Shown here in pieces: positions 42,991 to 53,677 of a DNA stretch of 64,000 bases. Position 1 is the stretch's first letter. Each line of letters starts with the position of its first letter. The translations under genes were made by a program, and so were the position numbers. The notes under the pieces were generated by a model. That model saw only the letters and a program-made list of their open reading frames with translations. It did no database searches and was not told the origin of the DNA. The DNA is from Vicugna vicugna (taxonomy: Eukaryota): contig MU058289.1 of NCBI GenBank assembly GCA_013265495.1, positions 1,178,001 to 1,242,000 on the forward strand. Direction: 5' to 3'.

Positions 42991-44600
42991 GATCATGTGT
43001 TTTTATTTATTCTGCCAATCTGTCTTTTGATTGGAGAGTTTAATCCATTTGCACTTAAAGTAATTACTGATATGAAGGGACTTACTTCTATCATTTTGCA
43101 GCTTGTTTTCTATATAACTTAAAACAAAGATGTAGCTATTTTATCCCTAATTTCCTGCATTTCTGTATTCTTTTGTGTTTGGTTGATTTTTTGTATTAAA
43201 ACATTAAATTATTTTATCATTTTCTGTTGTATATATCTTATAGCTGTTTCTTTGTGATTCCCATGGGATTACACTTAACATACTAAAATTATTACATTCT
43301 AATTTGAATTTTCCAGCTTAACCAATAACATACAAAAACTCTGCTCCTATACACAACTCTATCCCCACCCCTTTTGGTTGTTACATCTTTACATACCATG
43401 TGACTAAAAATACATGCTAACAATTATGTTAAATGCATTAGTATCTTAAAATATGTAGAATACAAAATGCAGTTACAAACCAAAGTTACAATAGTACTAG
43501 TTTTAGACTAATAATTTTAAAAAATAATGTAGAAACAAAAAAATAGAGTTACAAACTGTTGTTACAATAATACTAGATTTTATAATTGCCCATGTATTTA
43601 CCTTTATTGAGATCTTTTTCTTCACATGGCTTCAGGTTACTGCCTAGTGTCCTTTCATTTCACCCTGCAAGACTCCTTTGGACATTTCTCACAGGGCAGG
43701 TCTAGTGGTAACAAACTCCCATAGTTTTTGTTTGTGTAGAAATGTTCTCATTTCTTCCTCACTTTTGAAGGAAAGTTTTGCCATTAGCAGATTCTTGGTC
43801 AATGATGTTTTCCTTTGAGCACTTTAATGTATCAGCTCACTGCCTTCTGGCCTCCAAAGTTTCTAGTAAGAAACAGGCTTATGATATTACTGTTGGTCCC
43901 TTGTATAAGTTGCTACTCTCTTGCTGCTTTCAAAATTCTCTCTTTTGTCTTTGTCTTTCAAAATTTTTATTATAATGTGTAGTGTAGTGGGTCTCTTTGA
44001 GGTCATCTTACTTGGAGTTCATTGAGCTTCTGGGATAGTCATGTCTTTCATCAAATTTGTGAAGATTTTACTCTTTCTTCAAATATTCCCTCTACCTTTT
44101 CTCTCTCTCCTCCTCTGTGATTCCCACAGTCTGTCTTCTTCACGGTATCTGACAGTTCCCTCTGGCTGACTTTTTGTTGTTTTATTGTTGAACAGTGGGC
44201 ATTTAAATCTAATAATCTGGTAATTCTGGAAATCAGAGTGGGAGGGGCTCACAACAAGGAGGGGAGGTTTAACAACAATAGCCATGCTCCTCAGATGACC
44301 GCATGTCTCTAATCAGGAACAGAAATCAAAGAACAGATCCCTGATGTTTGAGGACAGAGTTGTTTGTGCCCTAGCTCCCACAAGCTATGCATAGCCTGCT
44401 CCAAGAACACATGTACACTTGTCGGTCACAGGGTGGAGGATTGGTACCTGCTACTGTGCAAAGGGCTGAGATTGACTAACACTAATCACAATTGACTGTC
44501 CAAGCCTTCCTATGGAATTTGCAAGCCTTCAGTGGACTACAGAGTTCCAAAATAGTTACATCAGCATGAGTCTGCTGAAATTATTGTTTAGGTGGTGAGA
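42991..44600 (-). mobile_element. Older L1 5' region (inter-ORF/ORF1 remnants)
   Basis: tctgccaatctgtcttttgattggagagtttaatccattt, gcaggtctagtggtaacaaactcc, ttgctgctttcaaaattctctc. Confidence 0.7.
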
Positions 44601-45270
44601 GAGAATCCTGGTGCTTCCTACTCTGTGTACCTATACATAGGCGATTCTTAATAGCAGCATCATTAATTCGTAGTTTCTATTTGAAAAATTATTCCCCTTT
44701 ACTCCTTCACTCAATGTTTGTTCCACTACCTTCTTGGCACCCTCACCTTCTCTCCTTTATGTCTACTATATATCCATTTTGTCTACCATATTTTATAAAC
44801 TACTTAATGTAGTAATTTTTTTTCATTTTTCTTGCCTATCTTTCTGAAATAGAATGTAAGTACTACGAAGGCAGGTGTCTTTGTGTCTCTTTTTTTGTCT
44901 CCCATACACTGATGAAAGTGCCCCCCCAAAATCCATTGTTTGCTCACTGATTATTTGTCAGAGCAGTGAATAAACATGACAACCCACCCCTCTTTCCTGT
45001 TCATTTTCACCATTCTGGGAAATCTTTCTAAATATCCTCTCTACCACTTTCTTCTAGTGGATCTTGCCTCAATGTTTCAAGAATTAAAATAAGAAATACA
45101 TTTTGAAGAGAAATCCTCAGATATGGTAAAATTTCCAGCAGAGCGCATGCTATTACTTCTCATACTCTTACTTCTTAGACTTCAGTTTCTTCTGCTCAAA
45201 GTTCCTTAAAATGTTAATTTTTTTCACTTGTCACAGTATGCTTTCCCAAGGGTATTTCTACCACTATCTT

Positions 45271-45877
45271 TGAAACTGTATACAAGCCCCTGTGTCTCTG
45301 TCCTTTGAAGGAAAGGGCTTTTGCTTTAGTCTCTCAGGCCTCCCCTGAGTCTCAAAAGGCTGGCTCGAGAGTTAATGATTTGGAAATGTGAAGATGTAGA
45401 AACAAAGAATACTTGTAGGGCTGGGAAGCTGGTAACAATTTAGACTATAAACTAGCCACAAAGCATAGTCACCAAACACCCAGTTCCTTGAAAGATATAG
45501 ACAAAGATTTGACACATATTCCTAAGCTGTTTTTACAGGATAGTAGACCCCACTAGATGAAAACTACTGACTGCAAGCATGCAGATCCCAGACTGGTTGA
45601 AACCAGAAAATCGGTGATGTTTGAAACTACCTTGATGCCAAGCAATCCAAGAATTGTGCAAGAGCTGATCATGTGCCCTGCAGCCACCTCCCTCACACTG
45701 CCTTTAAAAACCCCTCTCTGAAAGCCACTGGGGAGTGCAGGTCTTTGAGCATGAGCTGCCCATTCTCCTTGCTTGACACCCTGCAATAAATGCTATACTG
45801 TTCTTCACCACAACCCAGTGTTAGCAGATTGACTTTACTGCACGAGGGCCAGTAGACCCAAGTTTGGCTCAGTAATA
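45271..45877 (+). mobile_element. Solo ERV1-class LTR with 4-bp TSD
   Basis: Starts TG, ends gtaata (decayed CA); TSD tctt at 45267-45270 and 45878-45881; internal tttaaaaa TATA-like box and AATAAA at about 45785. Confidence 0.75.
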
Positions 45878-46411
45878 TCTTTGAATAAATACTTAGTCAC
45901 TATTAATGAATTTCAGAAATTAATTTACAAGTGTATTTCAGCAATATTCTCACTCTCCATGCACATACTACTGTTTATGCAAATACAGGTGAAGTGATAA
46001 TCACTTCCTAATAAGGCGTTGAGACCCTAAAGTCACAAATACTTGTTTCAGGTTTCAGAGGCCCCTTTGGTACACTTGCAAGGGTTGTGACAGCTTCTTT
46101 CCTGGAAGGAAATGATATTTTGTAAGTAGCTTTCCTTTCAAGATATTTTCCAGATTCCTAAAAGAAATTGAATACGTTTTAGGATATGGATTAAGAAAGA
46201 GGACCTGGGTAAAATAATGTTGCTGGCAAGGTTGGACACATCACTGGTAACACCAACAGGACAGACGTTTTCTGAGGCAACCAGAGGCAGAGCACTATCC
46301 ATGTTCACTGGCTTCAGGGCCACTGAAAAACTCCCCTCCCCTTCATCTTTCTATCCCTGCTGGAGTCTTTTCTCTCTTATCTCTAATAAAACATACTGAA
46401 ATTTACAAAAC

Positions 46412-46952
46412 TGCCAAATAAAAATTGTCACTTGCCATCTGCCTCTGCAACGATTAGTCACTAGCCACTGCAGCCATGCTGCAGCCACTGCATTCATTCA
46501 ACACACACTGAAAGGAGTTCAGGGGAGAGATCAGGAATGGGGCACTCTGTGCTCTGGGGAAAACTGGCAGAACAGGCCTTCAGATAGATAGATTTAGGAG
46601 AAGACTTTATGAGCCCACATTCTTGCATCTTCTCATATCTAGAAAAGCACTATAATCACTTACAGAGACACCTGTTCCTCATGACTAGCAGCAACCTCCA
46701 GGTGACGAGCAGCAAGCTTCTGCAAAAATGTGCTTCAGTGTATGTATTCCTCTTCACCACAAGCGCATACATACTGACCTGACCTCACTGCCCCGACCTC
46801 ACCTCTTTGGACCAGTTCCTCTGAGCTATCTGAGACTCTGCCTTCTGGGCTATGTCATAGCCCTCATGTTGTCCCAAGTAAAACTTAACTCACAACTCTC
46901 ACGTTTTGCTTCCCTGCCAGCACCACCCCCACCCCCACCGCCCCAGTGGACA
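46412..46952 (+). mobile_element. Second solo ERV LTR (different family) with 4-bp TSD
   Basis: TG...CA termini; TSD aaac at 46408-46411 and 46953-46956; LTR-like text cagttcctctgagctatctgagactctgcc...aaacttaactcacaactctcacg. Confidence 0.7.
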
Positions 46953-47099
46953 AAACGAACTCCAAAGCTTCAATCTCTGTGTATTTGAGGAGTAGCTAGA
47001 TATCATATATTTCCTCTCAGGTACAAAGACATCCTTTGTGTCTAAAACATAGTACAGTATGGTGTGTGCATTAGGTTTGTAACCTTTGGGCGCATCTGA

Positions 47100-48000
47100 A
47101 ATCCTGCCTCTTTAAAGTTATCCGGGATGGGTGGCAGATAAACCTAGCTGCTTCCCCTTTAAGATGAGGGGTCCCCACCCCCTTCCTAAGAACTTCCGGT
47201 CACCTTTTCCCAGCGCCCCACGTGGGGTCGGGGGGGGGGTCCCTCTTTCAGGAGATTGGCCCGGCTTGGCCGCTTGCAGGAGAAAAACTACATTACCCAG
47301 AATTCTGTGCCGAGAGAGAAGCGGTGAGAATTGGCCCAATGCGACCATAAAGGGCCGTTTCCTACGTGGTTGGCTGGGTCTTCGGGCGCCCCGAACTGGT
47401 TCGTTCTTTTCAAACAGGTGGTTTGGTGCACAGGAGCTTTCCAGCAAGCTACCTTTCAAAACTTTTCAGGGAAACACTGTAAGGAGACAGAAGCCACCTC
47501 TGCGCCCTGCAGGACCTTGGGGAGGCGGGGAAGGTTCACGGGAGCGCACGGGACCGTCTCTGTCGCCGCCTCTCTTGGCCCGGCTCCGCACAGGGAATTC
47601 GAGAACACGGCCCTGGCCCTTATGGAACCGACGCTGGTAAGTGGAGGGTGCCCCAGATCCTACCCGCTCGGACCACTACCTTCATTGTCTGGGTCCCCGA
47701 TGTAGGAGACGGTGGTATCCGGGGAGTCTTCATTTTGCCCTCGCTGCCGTTGGGTCTGGGGACTTTGGCATGGGGTCATTCACGGCCCATGAAGTCTAAG
47801 ATGGGGTTTACATGGAGAGAGCCTCATTTCTGGCAGTAACCGGTTTGCGGCATGAAAGGGGGAAATGTAACTTCTCAGAATCTCCAGTACGGTCCATCCG
47901 TGGACCTTCCCGCAGTCGGCTGAGCGGAACGTGGGCTGCCGAGTGTGGAAACTGTGTGGATTCTAGCTTTCACCCATCCCAGGGCTGTGACCTTGCCTGA
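47100..48000 (+). promoter_or_regulatory. CpG-rich promoter and first exon of the third KRAB-ZNF gene
   Basis: CpG enrichment; ETS ACTTCCGG near 47192; ZNF143-like ACTACATTACCCAGAAT near 47287; CCAAT/ATTGG boxes at about 47255 and 47330-47340. Confidence 0.75.
47622..47636 (+). CDS. Putative first coding segment (ATG GAA CCG ACG CTG = MEPTL) of the ZNF599-like KRAB gene
   Basis: Consensus donor CTG|gtaagt, phase 0 matching the KRAB-A exon at 50485; analogous to human ZNF599 exon 1 (MAAPAL). Confidence 0.65.
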
Positions 48001-50484
48001 GTACCATCGCTAAGCTTGGCCTCCATTTCCTTGGGTGTAAAATAGAAATGTTTACAATTGTTCCCTCTTGGTGTAGGTAAATGGGAAGGGTACTTGCGTG
48101 ATGTGCTTCTGTCCCCCAGCACTGCCCAGGCAGCAGCATTTTTGTGTTTTGTTGCTAGGGAGGTGCGTTTCTAGGCCGTGATCTTAGGGGCTCACCCCCA
48201 AGAAGAATCTGACACTTGGGCCTTTCTGAGCTCTAACCTCTACACAGCTGATGCGTAGAGTGGGAAGTGGGATAAACCTGCGGGAAGAGGTGGGTGGGAA
48301 TAGCGTGTTTGGAATTGCTGCTCCTCCGCTAGGGCACAGAAGATCACGTCAGGCCAAAAGCCAAGGAGGCCTCTGAATTCCTCTTTCGCGCTTGTCATCT
48401 GATGCTTGCAAGCGGAGTTGACTTACCACTGACAGTAGTGAATCAGTCTTTCTGCTTAAGACACTTATATCTGAAAAGCAAATCCGTTACATATTCAGTA
48501 ATGCTGGTGTGCAAGAGTGTTGTCTTTTGACATAAACACACAACAGGCCTCTAGCATGGCACTGTGTTTACTTTTGTCATAGCCCTCATCATTGTCCGGA
48601 CTTGTATTTGTTCATTTGTCCTCCACGTGGTTACCTTTCTCACTTCATTTCAGGCTTCCTCCTGTGTCCCCTCCTTGGAGAGGCCTTCCCCACTCACTCC
48701 AAGTAAAGTTATCCTCATCTCTGACACCCTCACTCTGTTTTCTTGTCTCTAGAATCCTCAGCGGCCATTCAAGATAGTAATTCTGCATTCCTTCTTGGGG
48801 ACCTTTCCCCAACCCCTTAGAGCATGGCTCCTGTTCTCCACTTTATCCTCAGACCTAGAACAGTACAGGGCCTGTAACTGGTGCTCCCTAAGTCATTAAT
48901 GAGTGAATGACTCTGCCCACCAGGGATTCCCATCACTCTTAAATACAACCATACCTTCCACCAAGGCCTGCAGGGCCCTGCTAGATCCACCTCTGTCCCT
49001 CCCTTTCTGTTCTCTCTTGCTCCTCCTTGCTCACTGCTCTCCAGTTTAGCTGTCTTGAACATTCCAAGCTTTTTCCCACTTCCCAGCCTTTGCCCTTGCA
49101 GTTTCCTCAGCCTGGGAAACTGTCCCCACATCTCTGCAGGGCTGCCTTTTCACTTCCCGGCTCTGCACCAGTGTCACCTCGCAGAAGGGTCTTTCCTTGC
49201 CCTTGTTAGTAGCTAGATAAAGTATCCACACCTGCCTGTCTTTTGACATCTTTGTGCACAAAATCTAGTAGTTACAGAGGCAGAGATGAGGGATTCATTC
49301 CCACCCACCCAGGGTTTTCTGGGAGCAAAGAGGAAAAATAACCACTATGACAGCTGGCCTTCACGTAGCACTTGATCTGTGTCGAGGTGTTTCCCCACCT
49401 CCTCAGAGTTAGGTTCTATTATTATCCCTGGCTTAAGGAAGAAGAACTTGAGGCCTGCCGAAGGTCACACAGCTCCTAAGTAGCCAAAAGTCAACACCCT
49501 GTACACGGACAACCAGAGCCTGCATTCTCGGCCATCCTTCCACCCACAGTGGACTGAGGAGGCCTAGAGGTGACATGTAATATGAACATTGCAAGACAGG
49601 CAAGTGTCCCTTTGGCACATGGACTTGGGAACGAGGGGGCGATAGCAGATGTCCTGGAGTATGTACACAGGCGGGAGAACCTCCAAGATGAGTCTCCAGA
49701 GGGTAAGATGGTGTGGTCTTGTACAGATGATCATGTTCTGCCTCTCTTCCTGGGACACGTGACTCTAAGTGACTTGCCAGAACTGCCTGAGCCTCAGGTC
49801 ACTGACTGCACCCTAGAGATGATGACGGTCTTTACATCATAGCTGAGGGAGAATTAATAAAAGTAGGGGAAACAGGCCAAGCGCTTACATGCGCCAAGCA
49901 TTCCAGTGTTTGCTTCATGAACATTTTCTCTTTAGTTCACACAACCTCCTAGTGCAATGGGAACTGTTACTGTATTGATGAGGAAATCAGAAGTTGGAGA
50001 AGTAAGCTGCCTTCCCCCAGGTTGTAAGGCAGGCAGCTGTCGTTTTCAGTAGGCTTTATTCAAAGTCAGATTCTAGCTCCAGAGCTGGGGCTGGATTGTA
50101 GTTGCTGGGATACGCATGTGACCCCTTAGCATGGTGCAGGCAGTCGGTGAGGACCAGCAAGGCTCAGCTGCTGAGTAGTATTATGGTCACTGTCATCTGT
50201 TCCCTATTCCTCTTCACCCCAGAGTGCTTGCTGTCCCTGCCTCTCAGGCCTCATGGCCTTGGAATTGTCTTATGTCTTTCCGGAATGATTTCAGCATAGA
50301 GGGCCTTCTGCTCTGATACAGTCATATTCTTGCCCAAAGTCACTGTCTCCTCTTGGCGCCTAAGCTCCTAGGAAGTGATACTGGCCTTGGGGCTTCATGG
50401 TCCTTTACCAACAACTGAACATCAGTATCTAATCACATCTCACTGGCCCAGGGCCAACAAAGCTACCTCTATTTGACTTTCCAG

Positions 50485-50611
50485 GCATCGATGACCTTCA
50501 AGGATGTGGCAGTGACCTTTAACCAAGATGAGTGGGGGCAGCTGGACACTGCCCAGAGGACCCTGTACTGGGAGGTGTTGCTGGAGACCTGTGGGCTCCT
50601 GGCTTCTCTGG
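50485..50611 (+). CDS. KRAB-A exon of ZNF599-like gene (127 nt; [43 protein letters not shown])
   Basis: ctttccag acceptor, G|gtaagg donor, open frame, 127 nt. Confidence 0.88.
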
Positions 50612-51405
50612 GTAAGGCCTCACTGCTCCTTCTGTGGGGACCTCCAGCCTCCTTCATCCTTGCCTTTGTTCAAAAGGCTTCCAAGGACACTCTCCCTCTT
50701 CCTTGCAGTCCTGATGAGTGTTCATTTCACTTCCTGCTGCCTAGTCTTCTGTGTCTGCCACAAGGAATTTGTGGCAGGAAACCAATTGCCCCTCAAAACA
50801 GCTCAGATGCCAAAGGACTAAGATTTGTTGGAGGAAATATAGGTGTCTTTTAATATTTGAGGGCAGGATGTGCAGGCAGGCACCATGAGAGACTAAAGTC
50901 AGGAAATGGAAGAAATCCTGATTAGATACTGGCCTTGGTGTCTTCTGTTCTTTCTGTCTCTTCTTGGGTCTCTCTGTGCCATTCTCGGCTTTTTCTGCCA
51001 CAGGGAGTTCATGGCCAGAAGTGGCCACACCATCCTTGATTTTAGAAGCCCCTCAGTTCCTTTTTTCTATTTATCTCTGTACTTTTTTTCATATCTCTCT
51101 CTTTCTCTTCACCTGGCTGTCTCCACATGGGTGTCCTAGTGGCAGGAAACAGCCACTGGAGCCCACTCTTCTTTTTACCTCTAACCCCAGTGCTCAGCAC
51201 AGGCTGGCCCTAGTTTGTCCCTTCTCCAGATTCCCACATGACTGAAGCTGAGTGGCCAAGTTTGTTTGGTTCGCAGCCTAGTTAGCAAAACCTGTGGGTA
51301 ATGGGATGTTCAGAAAGTGAGTGAACCATACAGGACACTAGTTCACATCTCTGTGAGGCCTACTGGCTATCGAAAAACAGAATCTCATTTAAAAGGCTTC
51401 CTTGG

Positions 51406-52861
51406 GTCTCAGCCGTTACGAAGCTCCATGAGAGGAGCTGTGGAGCTTTTCAGCTTCGCCTCCGTCACTGATTGAGCATGGAGGAGAAGTCAGAAAACTG
51501 TAGGGTTCCAGAGGATCTGTTTAATGGTTTGAAAATTACAGATCCCCAGGAAGCGGAGGGTGCTAGTCCGCCAGTTTCTAATGCCAAAGATCACCATTCC
51601 CAGAGCAAACTGCTCCAGGTTGTTGAGACCCATCCCCAGGAGGACCAGGTAAAAGAGGAGAGCTTTTATGACCCCAGTGCCTCATTTGAGAAGGAGAAAC
51701 CAAGAGTGGATGAGGTTGAAAACAAACCTGAAAATGATGGGAATTCCTTTGAACTAGATGAAGAATATCCAATAGAACTGGAAAGAAACATGCCCAATGA
51801 AGAGAAAAAGAAAAGGAGAGAAGAGAGCACTAGACTAAAGGAGGAGGGAAATGAGCAGTTTAAGAAAGGAGGTTATGTGGAAGCTGAAAGTTCTTACAGG
51901 CGAACCCTTCAGATGTGTCTGTCCTGCTTCCAGAAAGACGGGTCTATTTTGTTTTCAAACAGAGCTGCTTCAAGGATGAAACGGGACAAGAAAGAGATGG
52001 CCATCAGTGACGGCAGCAGAGCAATTCATTTAAGCCCCAGCTATATCAGGACAGTACTGCGGAGAGCGGAGTTGTATGAGAAAACCGACAAGCTGTATGA
52101 AGCCCTGGAAGACTGTAAATCCATATTAGAAAAAAGGTCCATCAGTACATCAAGCAAGGGAAGCTTGCATGAGATTACCTAAGCAAACTGAAGAACATAA
52201 TGAAAGACTAAAGGAAGAGATGTTGGGTAAACCAAAAGACCTTGGGAACTTGCTTCTCTGGCCTTTCAGACTCTCCACAGAAAATTTCCAGATCAGACAG
52301 GATTCCTCTACTGGCTCCTACTCCATCAATTTTGTTCAAAATCCAAATAACAGATAAAAAAGATAATAGCTTTTAAAGCTGGCTTGGAAATTGTGTGCTG
52401 CTTGCTGTTAGTGAGGGGAATGGCCCTGCCAATGTTTACCTTTTAAAAGCATCTTATCTCAAAGACAGGCTATCCACTAGAGCCCAGTGCTCCTTTCTGC
52501 CTCTTGTTTTATGATCAGGGCTAAATGCACTTCATGTTGTGATGAGTCTAATTTGATCTCCATTTTAAGGTAGTGTCTGTGCAGCTGTTGCCCTGGTTCT
52601 GGCTGTCCTTTATTTCGTCCGGGAGAAAGCCTGCTTGTTGAGGCTCACCTCCCCAAGCTCCTCAAAAACAAACCCAGCCATAGTCTCCCGAGCCAAGCAA
52701 ACCTGCTGGCCAGAGGCTGCCCAGCCACAACTGGTGGGGTTCCCACCTCTCCCTGATCACACATGCCGCCCAGGCCCCCAGGTGTGGGCTCCAGCATCTC
52801 GTGATTTCCTCTGTGGTAATAAACACTTTCTGTGATGGTCGGGAACAAAAAAAGAAAATGT
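51406..52861 (+). pseudogene. TTC1: Full-length processed retrocopy of TTC1 (tetratricopeptide repeat protein 1); CDS 51478-52357 with one +1 frameshift
   Basis: ORFs 51472..52182 and 52169..52357 match recalled TTC1 (EKSENC.VPEDL; STRLKEEGNEQFKKG; DSSTGSYSINFVQNPNN); intronless; AATAAA 52818-52823; A-rich tail; TSD aaaaggcttc(c/t)ttgg at 51391-51405 and 52862-52876; TT/AAAA L1 endonuclease site. Confidence 0.93.
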
Positions 52862-53602
52862 AAAAGGCTTCTTTGGCCCCGTATGCGTACATGCTCATCC
52901 CATGTGTTCTTAGGTGGGCCCTGATTCTCGGTACAGGAGATGATTTTAGAGGGTGCACAAGCTTGACAAGAGGCACTGATGGACAGTCAGGGAAGGCCAT
53001 TCCTTTTTGTCTTTGCTTTCCTGCTTGCTGCTTGCTTCGGGAGACATTCTCTGTTTTGTGCTGAGTCTTTAATGCCCCTTTGATTATTGGTAAGTTCCCT
53101 CTTCAACAGAGGGGACAGCCTTAGACTCACAGCCCTGAGCAGGCAGCGTGAATTCACTGAGACTTAACAGTACTATTTTGGTTTTCTTGTAACTTGGCAT
53201 CTGTGGCAAATGAGAAACTGGCCTTTCAGTTTCTCAAATTGACAGAAGATTCCCTTTTTGAAGACATATATTAAAGTTAAATGAAAAGTGGGTCAGTGTA
53301 AAGAAAAGCAGTTATTACCGATGGTTGTAATTAATGTTCCATGAGCCCTGGTGCATCTGGGTCCCGTGACTGCATCTGAACAGGTTTGGGGGTCCTCTAG
53401 GACTGAGGTCAAGGGAGATGGATCAGCCTAGACAGCCAGCCATTAGGGCCCAATGATGACGTTCCTGGCTTTGGTTACCAGGTCACAGACCAGTTTGGAC
53501 AAGAGCAGCCTCATCCTGAGGTCTCCTCTTCATCTAGGATTGAGACATTTCTTTTTGTCTTTGCTAAAACACACACATCTTATTTCTTTCTCCACAAACC
53601 AG

Positions 53603-53677
53603 ATCTGATCCACCCACTGAAGCACAGGCAGGAGCTATGGGTGGTGAAGAGAAGCCTCTCCCAAAGTGTCTGTCCAG
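53603..53677 (+). CDS. Shortened KRAB-B exon of ZNF599-like gene (75 nt; D-LIHPLKHRQELWVVKRSLSQSVCP-G)
   Basis: Homologous to ZNF599 exon 1603-1698; ancestral acceptor absent; tttctttctccacaaaccag offers an in-frame AG; donor CCAG|gtgggt. Confidence 0.6.

Noticed and set aside
47118..47705. 113-169 aa ORFs at the third promoter
   Set aside because: GC-rich promoter artefacts; only the spliceable MEPTL segment is supported.
51454..52182. In-frame KRAB-TTC1 fusion protein via the cttttcag acceptor at 51453
   Set aside because: From KRAB-A (phase 1) the frame is shifted relative to TTC1 and stops quickly; from exon 1 (phase 0) a TGA precedes the TTC1 ATG.
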